Counted from the first letter of the stretch, positions 1 through 9,291 are shown. The stretch is 64,000 bases of DNA from IMGVR_UViG_3300046616_000314:248001-312000; one strand, 5' to 3'. The notes: a model not told the origin generated them from the sequence alone. Program-made: numbers and translations.

Positions 1-3000
1 GTACGTTGTTTGAGTTGCCGTATAAGGCAAATCACCCGTCAACTTACCATCCAAGGACACAGACAGATGGCTTCCCGCTAGCGTAGTGCTATCGAGATAA
101 TATTCGAGTGGCGGTTGACCGTTGGCGTCCGTAGCCAACAGTTGAATGACAGGAAGGGCGTTATTAGAAATATACGATCCTAGATCGGCATCCGTTTGCC
201 ACACAGGCGGGAAGTTTTCTTCAACCACCAGATTGAAGGTACGATCCTTTTGCGTCGCGCCGCTGTCTGCCCGAATGGTGAAGGTATAGGTCTGAGAGCC
301 GCCTTGTAGAGGCGTAGTGCCATCAATAAATGCAGGTTGTCCCGGTGCAGGATTTGGATTGAAGTTCAACCCAAGCGGAAGCGTGCCACTGATCATGGTG
401 TAATTCATGTTCGCGGCATTATCACCACCGGCTTCAAATGTAAGCGGAGCAATGATTGAATTTTCCAGCACTTTTAGATCAATGGGCGTAATCCACTCAG
501 GTTCACCCGTGTATAGAATAGTCAACGTGACGCTATGTGTACCGTCATCAACTAGGCTAAACTGCGAGCCGCTGTCTGAAGCCCATGTTCTATCCCACGC
601 ACCGATGTTGAACGAAACTGTTGTATTTTCGGTTACTGGCGGAAGTTTGCCGCGCATTTCACCCGAAATCATATTCAGTTCGACGCTACCGATGATGTCG
701 GCTTTATCTCTGAATACGTACGTTGTCGCCCAATGATTTTGATCACCAATGCTCAAAATAGAACCTGGGGACATTCCTAAACCAGTGTATACGATTGCTT
801 GTGCATTCCAGAAACGTTGATCCGGGTCAAACTGTGTCGGGTCTTGGACACCATTGACCATTGCATCGACCGTATTATAGTCATATGCATTAAACGTAAT
901 ATTGCTGAATGTTGAATTCTCATTGAACGTAAAGTCGTAAACGTTGTTCGGATTAAGCTTGGGTCCAGTATTGAATAGGGCAGTATACGTCACCATCAAC
1001 GGAACAGAATTATTAATACCATCCGAAGCAACGATGATATCGTATGGTTGCAACGGCGGGATAGCCGCGCGCTCATCGTACTGAATACTTGAATTGGAAG
1101 TAAGTTTGTGACCCCATGGCGGGAAACGCCCGTTCATGGTTTTAGCAACCTTGATGTCCAAATCTTGATTTTGCGACACGTAAGTCATACCCGACCCATT
1201 GTCTAAGACCAGATAGTCTATAACAGTCGTGTTAGTGAGATCATTGTATGGATCAAGATAGTAATTGATAGTATGCCCCTGGCTAATTGGCGCGGTCATG
1301 CCAATGTTTCCGGGTGTAACTAGCGTATTGTTTACATAATAATAAACAAAGTCTCCATTGGGGTCGATTGCATTAATAAGGTGTTCACCACTACGAATTT
1401 CGGTACGACCAAAAATCGAACCCAAATCAAGAATATGCATTCCAAGCGCAGGATTATATGGAATGTTGCCTTGCCAAACCGGAGGCTTATCTTTATTGAT
1501 GATTACTGTATAGGTAACAGTATTCGTGACGTTCACGCCATCGCTGGCAGTGAATACGAAATCATACGACTCAGAATCGGTATTGATAACCGAATTGTGG
1601 ATTGTGCCCGCGCCCGTAGCAGCGTTGAACGTGTAAAGATTTACCGGTGCATTCGAGCTAACAAGGTGGTACGTGAAGACGTTGGTTTCGCGGTCAGTAA
1701 CGGATACGGTGAACGAACTAGTTGCCGTGTCTTTCTTAGTCAAGATCACGCCACTATTAGCGGTCCAAGTCGGAACAGTGTTGAACCAAGCTGTAACTTT
1801 AGCGTTGGCGCGAAGAATGTGAACACCATCGGTAACTTCGACATCCATAATCATGTCAATGTCTTGGGACGGAGTAGCCGGAAGCGTGCCGCTGACCATG
1901 CCGGTGTTGGCATCAAACACCATCGGCGACCATGTTGACGAATGGACAGTGTAAATTAGATTTGTGCCGTTAGGATCGGTTGCCAGCGGTAATGTAAATG
2001 ATGGCGTCACGCCGCCCAAATATGAGCCCAACGACACGAAACCGTTAACAATGGGGTAGTTCCATTCAGGCGGATAGTTCTTGAGAACCCGGAACCAGCC
2101 TTGCGTGGATGATTTCTTCAAACCATCGTTGGCGGTAACAGTGAACTTATAAACGTTAGGGTCGATTTTCACGCCCGGCTCAAGCTCAACGTATGCATTG
2201 GCGAGTGCGGTAATGACAACCGAGTTGGTGACAGCATTCAGGGTTGCGTCATACGCGGTCGAAGCCGTGTACGTTGCGCCAGCCGGAAGGCTGTTTGCGG
2301 TATACGTAACGAATTGATCGTCTTCAGGCGCCAGTGCAATGTATTCCAGATTCACTAATGTATTTTCAAGGAATTCATTAGTGACTGGGTATGTAGAAAA
2401 ATACGGAGGTAGATTGTTCTTTGTTGTGATCGTGAACAATTGTGTATTGTAGTTATTGAAATCGCATGTGATCGCAATAGCAAACGTATACGTTTCCGTG
2501 TTGATGACTTCGGGAAGAATACCAGCCAACCGCCCGGTGTTTGGATTCAGGAACACGCCTTCGGTGATATCATTCGGCTTCGTCGGCGGTGAGCCCGCGC
2601 GAATGACAAACGTGATAGGGCGCATGGCGTCGTCGTGTGCCAACAGGCTGAAGTCAAAAAACTCACCTTCGTATTTCGCAAGACCAAGCGGACCTTGGGG
2701 AGTATCCCAGATAGGCGGCGGAACAGAATATGTGTTATCAACCAAAATGGTAAAATCGCGGGGAGACGACCACAGACCATTCGAAGCAGTAACGGTGAAA
2801 TCAAAAATTTGCGTGTTATCGACGCTTGGGAGATCACCGGTGATTTCGCCCGTGTCTTGATTAAGCTCAAGAGTATAGGGGAATTCGCCACCGGTCAGAT
2901 AGTATTTGATGGGACGTGCTTGCGGATCGGTTGCAACGAGTGTGAAGTTAAATGCAGTAAATTCCACGCCGACGCCAATAACACCAATGGGCGTAACCCA

Positions 3001-3090
3001 CTGGGGAGCATCGGGATTACCGACTGTAGATTTGACAAAATTCAAATTTACAGGACCGATCAAACTGATTTTCTTCAAATTGACAGACAA
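1..3090 (-). CDS. Large virion structural protein with tandem putative-Ig (He_PIG/cadherin-like) repeats; partial, runs off the window's left edge
   Basis: Not in the supplied ORF track. Manual translation from TTG at 3090 (GGAG 7 nt upstream) gives LSVNLKKISLIGPVNLNFVKSTVGNPDAPQWVTPIGVIG...LVATDPQARPIKYYLTGGEFPYTLELNQDTGEITGDLP. The same frame ends ...GKLTGDLPYTATQTTY at base 1. Start and end were frame-checked, not every internal codon. Same repeat style as 20031-30368. Confidence 0.85.
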   Translation of the reverse strand, partial: MSVNLKKISLIGPVNLNFVKSTVGNPDAPQWVTPIGVIGVGVEFTAFNFTLVATDPQARPIKYYLTGGEFPYTLELNQDTGEITGDLPSVDNTQIFDFTVTASNGLWSSPRDFTILVDNTYSVPPPIWDTPQGPLGLAKYEGEFFDFSLLAHDDAMRPITFVIRAGSPPTKPNDITEGVFLNPNTGRLAGILPEVINTETYTFAIAITCDFNNYNTQLFTITTKNNLPPYFSTYPVTNEFLENTLVNLEYIALAPEDDQFVTYTANSLPAGATYTASTAYDATLNAVTNSVVITALANAYVELEPGVKIDPNVYKFTVTANDGLKKSSTQGWFRVLKNYPPEWNYPIVNGFVSLGSYLGGVTPSFTLPLATDPNGTNLIYTVHSSTWSPMVFDANTGMVSGTLPATPSQDIDMIMDVEVTDGVHILRANAKVTAWFNTVPTWTANSGVILTKKDTATSSFTVSVTDRETNVFTYHLVSSNAPVNLYTFNAATGAGTIHNSVINTDSESYDFVFTASDGVNVTNTVTYTVIINKDKPPVWQGNIPYNPALGMHILDLGSIFGRTEIRSGEHLINAIDPNGDFVYYYVNNTLVTPGNIGMTAPISQGHTINYYLDPYNDLTNTTVIDYLVLDNGSGMTYVSQNQDLDIKVAKTMNGRFPPWGHKLTSNSSIQYDERAAIPPLQPYDIIVASDGINNSVPLMVTYTALFNTGPKLNPNNVYDFTFNENSTFSNITFNAYDYNTVDAMVNGVQDPTQFDPDQRFWNAQAIVYTGLGMSPGSILSIGDQNHWATTYVFRDKADIIGSVELNMISGEMRGKLPPVTENTTVSFNIGAWDRTWASDSGSQFSLVDDGTHSVTLTILYTGEPEWITPIDLKVLENSIIAPLTFEAGGDNAANMNYTMISGTLPLGLNFNPNPAPGQPAFIDGTTPLQGGSQTYTFTIRADSGATQKDRTFNLVVEENFPPVWQTDADLGSYISNNALPVIQLLATDANGQPPLEYYLDSTTLAGSHLSVSLDGKLTGDLPYTATQTTY

Positions 3091-3114
3091 GTTACTACTC
3101 CACGAATGATAAGG

Positions 3115-3122
3115 TATTTATG
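3115..3122 (-). promoter_or_regulatory. T4-like late promoter (CATAAATA)
   Basis: TAAATA core ~25 nt upstream of the Ig-repeat structural gene start. Confidence 0.6.
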
Positions 3123-3289
3123 CCTTGTAAAAATTGGAGTTTTTAAAAAACTTTCGTAGATCGGCATTTTTATGTTGCATCCCGCCCCGGTATTCGGTAT
3201 TCTATAAAAAGAGTGAGGCGACAGAGAAATCCGAACCAAACCGAACCAAACTCGTCAGTAACAAATAGCGTTTTTGACGAAATTTATTA

Positions 3290-3318
3290 TTGACACCGAG
3301 CCGTGGAAACGGTAAGGT
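3290..3318 (+). promoter_or_regulatory. sigma70-type promoter driving the large ncRNA
   Basis: TTGACA (3290-3295), 17 nt spacer, TAAGGT (3313-3318), AT-rich upstream. Confidence 0.7.
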
Positions 3319-3324
3319 ACAAAT

Positions 3325-4450
3325 CCTAGCCCACTTAGGCAGAAGGTCTTTGGTTCGCCGAAGATTGCGTAGTGGAAGTAGCCTCACCCGCAAGGGGTGT
3401 ACTCGTTGGATCGAGAAAGGCGAAAATAGGTAATCAACTTCGGTTGATTCGATGAATTGATAAACAAAAGTTCCCTGGTGGGGGAGTACCGCAGTAAACG
3501 CGAGGTTTATCTATTCATCCAATCATCTGAGGATGGTACAGAATTGCAGCTTGGGCTAGATAGTGTGAGGGAAACCTTACATGAAAGGGGCGAGGGATCA
3601 CACGACCCCCTACCAGTAATGGTCAATTCAAGCAAGTCCAGACTTGCCCGAAAGGGTTCTTCTAGTATCGCAAGGTATTAGGAGATAGGTCGGAAAGTGA
3701 TGTATGGGTTTCCTGAGAGGGAAATGTTGAGTGGCTGGACGTTCCGGCTTCTGGCTTGCCAGGGGTTGTAAACGGGCTCTCATAAATTGGGTTCGCATCC
3801 GATGCCTTACGCGAAAATCACTCATGACGGATAGTCAATGGATAGTCGAAGGGTTCAAGCCTTAGCGGGCGAGGGCGTTCGGCAGTTTGAAGGTTGGTGG
3901 GACACCCTAATCCGGTGGCACACATGACCTGAAAAACACCCAGAAGTCTCTTAGCGGAGACGAGGGAAGAGGCGTAAATGTATTAGCTTGGGAAACCGAG
4001 TTAGCATTTGTCGATATGGCACGTCTTGTGATCTTGGGAAACATACAGATGGTATCTTAACCAACTTGGTGGCTAATACCCACTACGTTTTGAAAGCCCA
4101 AGTCTGTATCGGACTCATGTCTGAAGTTGCTTAAGCTCTGACCGAAAGGAATCAGGGGACGCGGTAGCTGCAAGGCGAAACGTTTGATGGTGAAGAAACT
4201 CATAATCGGGCAAGCACCCGACGAACTGGCTCGCAAGGCTTGGTGGGGATTACGGTAGCCGTCGAAAGGACATGAGGTACGCGGGAATTCGCCACCCAAT
4301 CACCCGTAATGGGCGCGATGAAAGGCAGCAACGGTGAATACGGTTTGACCCGCAAGGGCAGATCGTGGATAAGGCGAAGAAACCAGACTCCCAAAGTTTG
4401 GCATAATATCGCCCAAAGATCACCACGATACGCGGTAGTCTCACGCTATC
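3325..4450 (+). ncRNA. Large structured ncRNA, GOLLD-like (~1.1 kb)
   Basis: No credible ORF; bounded by a promoter and an intrinsic terminator. Many GNRA/UUCG-capped stems: 3432-3449 cUUCGg, 3565-3580 GAAA, 3662-3681 GCAA, 3709-3724 GAGA, 3985-4002 GAAA. Long-range pair 3326-3333/3552-3559. The 3' end (GCGGTAGTCTCACGC, 4432-4446) resembles GOLLD 3' ends from memory only. Confidence 0.8.
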
Positions 4451-4455
4451 AAAAC

Positions 4456-4484
4456 AAAAAGGCGTCCTTCGGGGCGCCTTTTTT
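4456..4484 (+). terminator. Intrinsic terminator
   Basis: AAAAAGGCGTCC-TTCG-GGGCGCC-TTTTTT. Confidence 0.9.
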
Positions 4485-4495
4485 GTTGTCTAAAT

Positions 4496-4903
4496 ATGTG
4501 CATGAGGGTGCATATGACAGCGGGAAGATTTAACGTCGGAAGTTCGGACGATGGTCCGATGATCCTGTACTATGCCCCGCCAAGCCGAACCTGCGTCGGT
4601 GTTCCGATGATGGTTCTCGCACCCGATGAAATTGGAATGAATGGCGGGCGCCTGACCAATTTCCACGACGAAGATTTGGATTTTCCTATTCGCGTAATGG
4701 TTGGCTCCGATGATGAATTCGCCGCCATCGTAACTTGGGTTGCGCAGAACACCGGACCATGGTCTTTTTCGGAAGGTGTATTGGACACCACATTTAATAG
4801 ATTTTTATCTTGGGGTTGGGATCGCGGTAGACCGCTCCCAATCCTTTTTTCGTTTTTAAGTGATGACGACGCCGCCATATTCAAATTGAAATGGTCGAAA
4901 TAA
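4496..4903 (+). CDS. Hypothetical protein, 'FxxExDAxxFKLKW' family
   Basis: C-terminus FLSDDDAAIFKLKWSK; likely start ATG 4514 after GAGGG. Confidence 0.75.
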   Translation: MCMRVHMTAGRFNVGSSDDGPMILYYAPPSRTCVGVPMMVLAPDEIGMNGGRLTNFHDEDLDFPIRVMVGSDDEFAAIVTWVAQNTGPWSFSEGVLDTTFNRFLSWGWDRGRPLPILFSFLSDDDAAIFKLKWSK

Positions 4904-4909
4904 TTTCGT

Positions 4910-5200
4910 ATGATCCCTAGGCAATTTTGGGGAACCGCAATGCTTTACACCATGGGTAATCGCGAAAGTTACGAAACGTATTTCGCTACCGATCCCAAGC
5001 CCATGAAACTTGGCATTCGGGATGATTACAAAGGCGGCATCGTGTTTTCCTCCGTCAAGGAAGCCGAAGGCTACATCCAAAAACATAATCACACCACGTA
5101 TGCGGTCTATGGATTGGATTGCACCTGGGAAGATGCGTATTGGTCAGCCGACGATCAATTTTTCCGACTGACCAATACGGTGCCGCTAGTCCAGATTTGA
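4910..5200 (+). CDS. Hypothetical phage protein
   Basis: 96 aa ORF, gene-like composition, directly follows the previous gene. Confidence 0.7.
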   Translation: MIPRQFWGTAMLYTMGNRESYETYFATDPKPMKLGIRDDYKGGIVFSSVKEAEGYIQKHNHTTYAVYGLDCTWEDAYWSADDQFFRLTNTVPLVQI

Positions 5201-5362
5201 CAATCGTCTTAGCTTGGCGATCATCGCAGTTAGTTCGGTGTAGCGGCGATACTCGTCAAAATTTTCATATTTTGTGACGTTGCAGCACGCGCATACATCC
5301 TTGTTGATGTTGAGCGTGTCAACGTACGCCTGAATGGCATCAGCGGCTTGTGAGAGGTTCAT
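5186..5362 (-). CDS. Hypothetical 58 aa protein
   Basis: Manual: MNLSQAADAIQAYVDTLNINKDVCACCNVTKYENFDEYRRYTELTAMIAKLRRLSNLD; GGAG RBS upstream. Confidence 0.65.
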   Translation of the reverse strand: MNLSQAADAIQAYVDTLNINKDVCACCNVTKYENFDEYRRYTELTAMIAKLRRLSNLD

Positions 5363-5441
5363 GGTGTGCTCCTGGCTACCCCCTTACTAAGGGCAAGATT
5401 TGGGTCTCATGTGCGCCGAAACTGAGAAATATTTTTTATGG

Positions 5442-5469
5442 TTAAACGATATTTAATTTGTGCAGTGCA
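5442..5469. promoter_or_regulatory. CtrA-like box (TTAA-N7-TTAA, 5442-5456) next to a TGC-N3-GCA (PhaR-like) motif
   Basis: GTTAAACGATATTTAA is an exact TTAA-N7-TTAA; TGCAGTGCA at 5461-5469. Confidence 0.4.
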
Positions 5470-5480
5470 GCATGAAGTGG

Positions 5481-5488
5481 TATAAATA
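5481..5488 (+). promoter_or_regulatory. TATAAATA promoter element
   Basis: Exact T4 late promoter consensus 30 nt upstream of a small ORF. Confidence 0.55.
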
Positions 5489-5517
5489 AGGCTCTAAACA
5501 AAGAGTGAAATGAGAAA

Positions 5518-5622
5518 ATGAAAACGAGTCCTACAGAACGAGTGATGAAGTTCATCGCTCCTGCCACCCTTGGCATTACCGCTTTGATGACTTTGGCGAT
5601 TATCTTTACCGCCGCTCACTAA
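5518..5622 (+). CDS. 34 aa single-TM peptide
   Basis: Manual: MKTSPTERVMKFIAPATLGITALMTLAIIFTAAH; flanked by a promoter and a terminator. Confidence 0.65.
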   Translation: MKTSPTERVMKFIAPATLGITALMTLAIIFTAAH

Positions 5623-5648
5623 GCACAAAAACTAAATTTGATAGTGTG

Positions 5649-5678
5649 AAGCCCCTATGCCTGCATGGGGGCTTTTTG
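5649..5678 (+). terminator. Intrinsic terminator
   Basis: AAGCCCC...GGGGGCTTTTT. Confidence 0.8.
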
Positions 5679-5730
5679 CTTGACTAAAATTAAAATCGTG
5701 GGATAGTTTAGAGATATAAGGATTCAGTTC

Positions 5731-5895
5731 ATGCTCATCGGTACGGCTATTCAGTTGTTTGCAGTTCTTGGTTTCACGGCGGGGCTCATCGGGCACATTC
5801 GCGGGATCAAGAAATGGTGGTCGGGGAGCACATGGTATGGTGCTCTTTGGGCGATCTTGATAACCGGAACGGTCCTGGCAGCAAATAATATCTAG
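5731..5895 (+). CDS. 54 aa membrane protein
   Basis: Manual: MLIGTAIQLFAVLGFTAGLIGHIRGIKKWWSGSTWYGALWAILITGTVLAANNI; AAGGA RBS; two hydrophobic segments. Confidence 0.65.
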   Translation: MLIGTAIQLFAVLGFTAGLIGHIRGIKKWWSGSTWYGALWAILITGTVLAANNI

Positions 5896-5905
5896 GAGAC
5901 ATGAT

Positions 5906-6019
5906 ATGCGCGGATATTTGATTAACGGTTTCTGGTGGATTGGTTTCCGTCATGAAGGTAAGTTGCTCTTGCTGCGCAAGGTCGGCAAGTCTGGCGACTG
6001 TATTTCGCTCGAAAACTAA
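5906..6019 (+). CDS. 37 aa hypothetical protein
   Basis: Manual: MRGYLINGFWWIGFRHEGKLLLLRKVGKSGDCISLEN; AGGAG RBS. Confidence 0.5.
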   Translation: MRGYLINGFWWIGFRHEGKLLLLRKVGKSGDCISLEN

Positions 6020-6084
6020 ACGCTTGACATATACTCTTAATGTGAGAGTATATGTCATCGTTTGATTTATAAGGACTTATAACC

Positions 6085-6294
6085 ATGTCGGTACCTATCG
6101 TCGTTGTGATCGAACAGACCGAAGATCATTTCGTTGTCTCGGACAACGGCGGTGCCTATGACATGCGGGAATACGATCCCGAGTATTACGACACCTACGA
6201 GGAAGCCGAAGAAGACGCGGATGACCGTAAGGTGGAATACGAACGCCTGGGTGCCAACGTCAGCATCGACAACCAAGTTCCGGGGAAGAACTAA
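6085..6294 (+). CDS. Small acidic hypothetical protein
   Basis: AAGGA RBS; TTGACA promoter-like element ~6026; strongly acidic. Confidence 0.7.
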   Translation: MSVPIVVVIEQTEDHFVVSDNGGAYDMREYDPEYYDTYEEAEEDADDRKVEYERLGANVSIDNQVPGKN

Positions 6295-6755
6295 TGTCCC
6301 ATTACGCTTTCTATCTCGCGACTCAAGACGCTTTGGCGTCTCTGAAGGCGCGTCATGAAGCCATTGTTGCGCTGTATGCCAGCAACAGAAATGGCATCGA
6401 AAATTCCCCGGAACGCATTCAATGGCTGGCGGATGGCGATGACGTGGTGAAGCTCATGGTCGATTACGGAAGTAGCCCGCATGACGAAGAAAAGGCGCGA
6501 AAGCAAGTCCGAGAAATTTTCAATGGATATGTGCTAGACGCTGCGAAGCCATATGATCGCGTGATGTCACTAGTGTACGTTTCCGGTCTGACCCCGGCTC
6601 AACTTCTGACCTATATCGATAGCTTGGAAGCCCCGGCGGTATCTATTTTGCTGGCAAAATCGTCAATTGGCGAATACAAGCTTCCGTTTTCGCCCCGTCG
6701 AATGAAGAATTTCGATCTGTTCGCAACGCAATTCCGCCAATACATCTTGGATTAG
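6294..6755 (+). CDS. Hypothetical protein (paralogue of 6760-7263)
   Basis: Shared ER(I/V)QWL, xEIFxG and ILLAKxSIxxYKLP...NFDxF motifs. Confidence 0.8.
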   Translation: MSHYAFYLATQDALASLKARHEAIVALYASNRNGIENSPERIQWLADGDDVVKLMVDYGSSPHDEEKARKQVREIFNGYVLDAAKPYDRVMSLVYVSGLTPAQLLTYIDSLEAPAVSILLAKSSIGEYKLPFSPRRMKNFDLFATQFRQYILD

Positions 6756-6759
6756 ACCC

Positions 6760-7263
6760 ATGACCAAATACGAACTGTACAAGCAAGCCATCGCTGGTCT
6801 CCACGCTCTGGTAAACAGCGCGGCATTTGTCGATGGTCTGTTCACCGGTGAACGCACCGCAGATCGTGGTTATAAGGTTCATGGACCTGAATTCGACGCT
6901 TGGAATATCTCTGCCGAGCGCGTTCAATGGCTTCTGGATGCCGATGCTTGGTTTGCGAAGACCATGCAAGACATTGATCCGACCGCAACGGACGGTGCCG
7001 AAAATCCCGTTGCTCGCGCTCAGACCAAGGAAATTTTCGAAGGTTTCAAATCGCAAACCAAGCATCCTTCGTCGCCACCCGAGTATTTTGCCTCGTTGAG
7101 CGAGCAAGAATTCGAAGATTTTATCAACAATCTCGAATTGCCGTCCATCGTCATCTTGCTTGCTAAGCAATCGATCTCGACTTACAAGCTTCCGTGGGAC
7201 ACGCAGCGGGTGATGAATTTCGATGTCTTCACGAAGCGGTATCGTAATCTGATCATGGGCTAG
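6760..7263 (+). CDS. Hypothetical protein (paralogue of 6294-6755)
   Basis: Same motifs; tandem arrangement. Confidence 0.8.
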   Translation: MTKYELYKQAIAGLHALVNSAAFVDGLFTGERTADRGYKVHGPEFDAWNISAERVQWLLDADAWFAKTMQDIDPTATDGAENPVARAQTKEIFEGFKSQTKHPSSPPEYFASLSEQEFEDFINNLELPSIVILLAKQSISTYKLPWDTQRVMNFDVFTKRYRNLIMG

Positions 7264-8013
7264 TTGATGTACGGGTATCGTGGTAAGCCGCTTAAAGAAC
7301 TAACGTGCCCGTGGTGTGGTGAGAGCCCGTCTGTCATCACACACAATAACGAGCACAACCCGTACGACGATTATGCCTCATATTCGGACACGACCCGGTA
7401 TTGGATCACTTTGGGATGCAACAAATACCCGAAGTGTAATACGAGTGTTTACACGCAACCGAGTGTTACGATTGATTCGCATAGTCGTAGAGGCAATCAC
7501 GTAAACGACCTGATTCAACAAGGGATCGAGCAATGGCAACGTGGCGAGATCGTCATTCCGTTCCGCCTGGAATTGCCTAAAAATATCAAACTTCTTTCCA
7601 AGATACCCAAGGTCGGTCCCAGTTGGGTTAAGAAAACCGAACTGAAGTTTTGGATTTCCAATGAACGCGGGATCATGAAACATATTCATGATGCTCTAGA
7701 ATTCATGTCCATAACAGACCATACGGGCAAGCACACCGGGTACCATCCCTATGCTTTCACATTGTCTTATCCGGTTGGGTACGGCAATGAACAAATGTTC
7801 CGTGCGAGAATTACGGATTACAACTGGGGGCGTAGCGAGTTTACGTTCACGGGTGATGAAAGTTCGTCTTATCCTTATCGCGGCAACAAAGCCGATGGAG
7901 GATGGCTCAAAAAAGAGGCATCGAACGGGCATATGGCGCCGATAAACGATTTTCTCTTGAATAAAATTCGTGATAGTGTAGCTCACGAAGAGGACGAAGA
8001 CGATGACGCTTAG
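7264..8013 (+). CDS. Hypothetical protein with N-terminal Zn-ribbon (Lar-like)
   Basis: LTCPWCGE...LGCNKYPKC. Confidence 0.7.
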   Translation: MMYGYRGKPLKELTCPWCGESPSVITHNNEHNPYDDYASYSDTTRYWITLGCNKYPKCNTSVYTQPSVTIDSHSRRGNHVNDLIQQGIEQWQRGEIVIPFRLELPKNIKLLSKIPKVGPSWVKKTELKFWISNERGIMKHIHDALEFMSITDHTGKHTGYHPYAFTLSYPVGYGNEQMFRARITDYNWGRSEFTFTGDESSSYPYRGNKADGGWLKKEASNGHMAPINDFLLNKIRDSVAHEEDEDDDA

Positions 8014-8275
8014 CCCGAGTTTTAAAGCACTATACGACGCATTCGAATCGCCTGGGGCTAAAGACGTTGTGCCAGCCAAAGAGGGGGCAACTGACATTGC
8101 CTATGCCATTTTGGAACTGATCAGAACTGACAAGGCTTTGGATAAAGCCAAGGACAAAGTTCCGTCTTACACCGGGCAATACGACCCGCCTGATTACTAC
8201 GCCCGAGAGCAAGAAGAATTCAACAGGGCTTGTGACGAATTTCTAGAAGCTCTGACTAAAATCGTACAAAAATAA
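8003..8275 (+). CDS. Hypothetical protein
   Basis: Overlapping start, gene-like ORF. Confidence 0.7.
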   Translation: MTLSPSFKALYDAFESPGAKDVVPAKEGATDIAYAILELIRTDKALDKAKDKVPSYTGQYDPPDYYAREQEEFNRACDEFLEALTKIVQK

Positions 8276-8292
8276 AAAATATAGGTGAGGAA

Positions 8293-8505
8293 ATGCTAGG
8301 AAGAACACTCGCGGTTTACGCCGTGATCGGACTCGTGCTTGCTCTGTTTACCGAACTGCGCGCTTGGAGACGTGCTCCAAGAGGTAATTTGGTTTTGAAC
8401 ATTCTGTATAGCATGTCGCTATTTTCGTTTGGGTGGTTCCCAATCTTTGTAATTGCTGGATATTTTAGGCTCATCGATGGACGTTCAATCCCTAAGCATT
8501 CATAG
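8293..8505 (+). CDS. Small membrane protein
   Basis: GAGG RBS; two hydrophobic segments. Confidence 0.7.
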   Translation: MLGRTLAVYAVIGLVLALFTELRAWRRAPRGNLVLNILYSMSLFSFGWFPIFVIAGYFRLIDGRSIPKHS

Positions 8506-8794
8506 TCAGCGATACCTTGTACAACTAGAAGCGATGATGTCGCCCGAACGGCATCGCAAAGCTGCACGCATCATGGAAAAGAAAAACGACAAGGGCGAGC
8601 CGATGTTCTATTTCATGCCCTTCGATGTTTTAGGCGTGAAAGGTTTCTACGCGACTGCGACCACTATGGCGGGCGTCAACTGGACACTCCAAGGGCAAGT
8701 AGCCAGCTATCGGACAACCACCGCGCATTTCCCTGGTGGCGAGCATTCACCTATCCCTGACATGGAAAAATTCACGGGTATCCAGTGGTGCTAG
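8477..8794 (+). CDS. Hypothetical protein
   Basis: ORF from ATG 8477, coupled to its neighbours. Confidence 0.65.
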   Translation: MDVQSLSIHSQRYLVQLEAMMSPERHRKAARIMEKKNDKGEPMFYFMPFDVLGVKGFYATATTMAGVNWTLQGQVASYRTTTAHFPGGEHSPIPDMEKFTGIQWC

Positions 8795-9291
8795 TTCGTC
8801 CAAAATTTTCCCACCACCATTCTAAGTTTGAGCTATCGGTGGAGAGCATCGACACCGCGCCCGTAGGCGGGAGATTTGCCACCGATTTTCAAAAGCGTGC
8901 AAAGCGTCTCTGGCGTAGTGGTTGGATCGGTGTGTACATCGGTTGTGTGTCCAGTTTTGAACACGATGCCATTGTGGCGTGGACGAATACGCAAGATCGT
9001 CGGCATATGATGCGATCACAACGCTTGGTCTCTAGTGATGGTTATTCGAACCCTCACATGCTGGTCTGGTTTAAGAAACTAGACATTCATAATGCCTTTG
9101 TAGAATATGTGAAAACATTACGGCGCCCAAATCGTGTTTATCTTAAACCCGATAAAATGGACCGTGCTGTTGACTATCTAACAACAAACGGCGCAAATTT
9201 CTTAACGGTGAATTGGTACGCCACGAATCAGCAATTTAATATGACGATTGGTGATGATGACCATGCCGCGATGGTACGGCTACTGTCCTAG
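8785..9291 (+). CDS. Hypothetical protein
   Basis: 168 aa ORF; C-terminal 'DDDHAAMVRL' weakly resembles the FKLKW-family tail. Confidence 0.65.
   Translation: MVLVRPKFSHHHSKFELSVESIDTAPVGGRFATDFQKRAKRLWRSGWIGVYIGCVSSFEHDAIVAWTNTQDRRHMMRSQRLVSSDGYSNPHMLVWFKKLDIHNAFVEYVKTLRRPNRVYLKPDKMDRAVDYLTTNGANFLTVNWYATNQQFNMTIGDDDHAAMVRLLS

Noticed and set aside
407-3159. Plus-strand ORFs over the first 3 kb (and similar antisense ORFs at 9333-10505, 16822-17409, 46817-47467, 47988-49163, 56230-62153)
   Set aside because: Shadow ORFs opposite well-supported genes; typical of biased codon usage
3230-3250. CCGAACCAAA direct repeat (x2), similar to 55321-55333
   Set aside because: Only two short copies with no spacers; not a CRISPR array or convincing iteron set
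3325-4450. Group II or group I intron, rRNA fragment, tmRNA or RNase P as the identity of the large RNA
   Set aside because: No interrupted gene on either side, no domain V/GUGYG ends or P7 core recognised, no rRNA or RNase P signature recognised; it has its own promoter and terminator
3457-4533. Short ORFs (60-80 aa) in the ORF track overlapping the large RNA
   Set aside because: No RBS, non-gene-like composition, mutually overlapping; best explained as chance ORFs in a structured RNA
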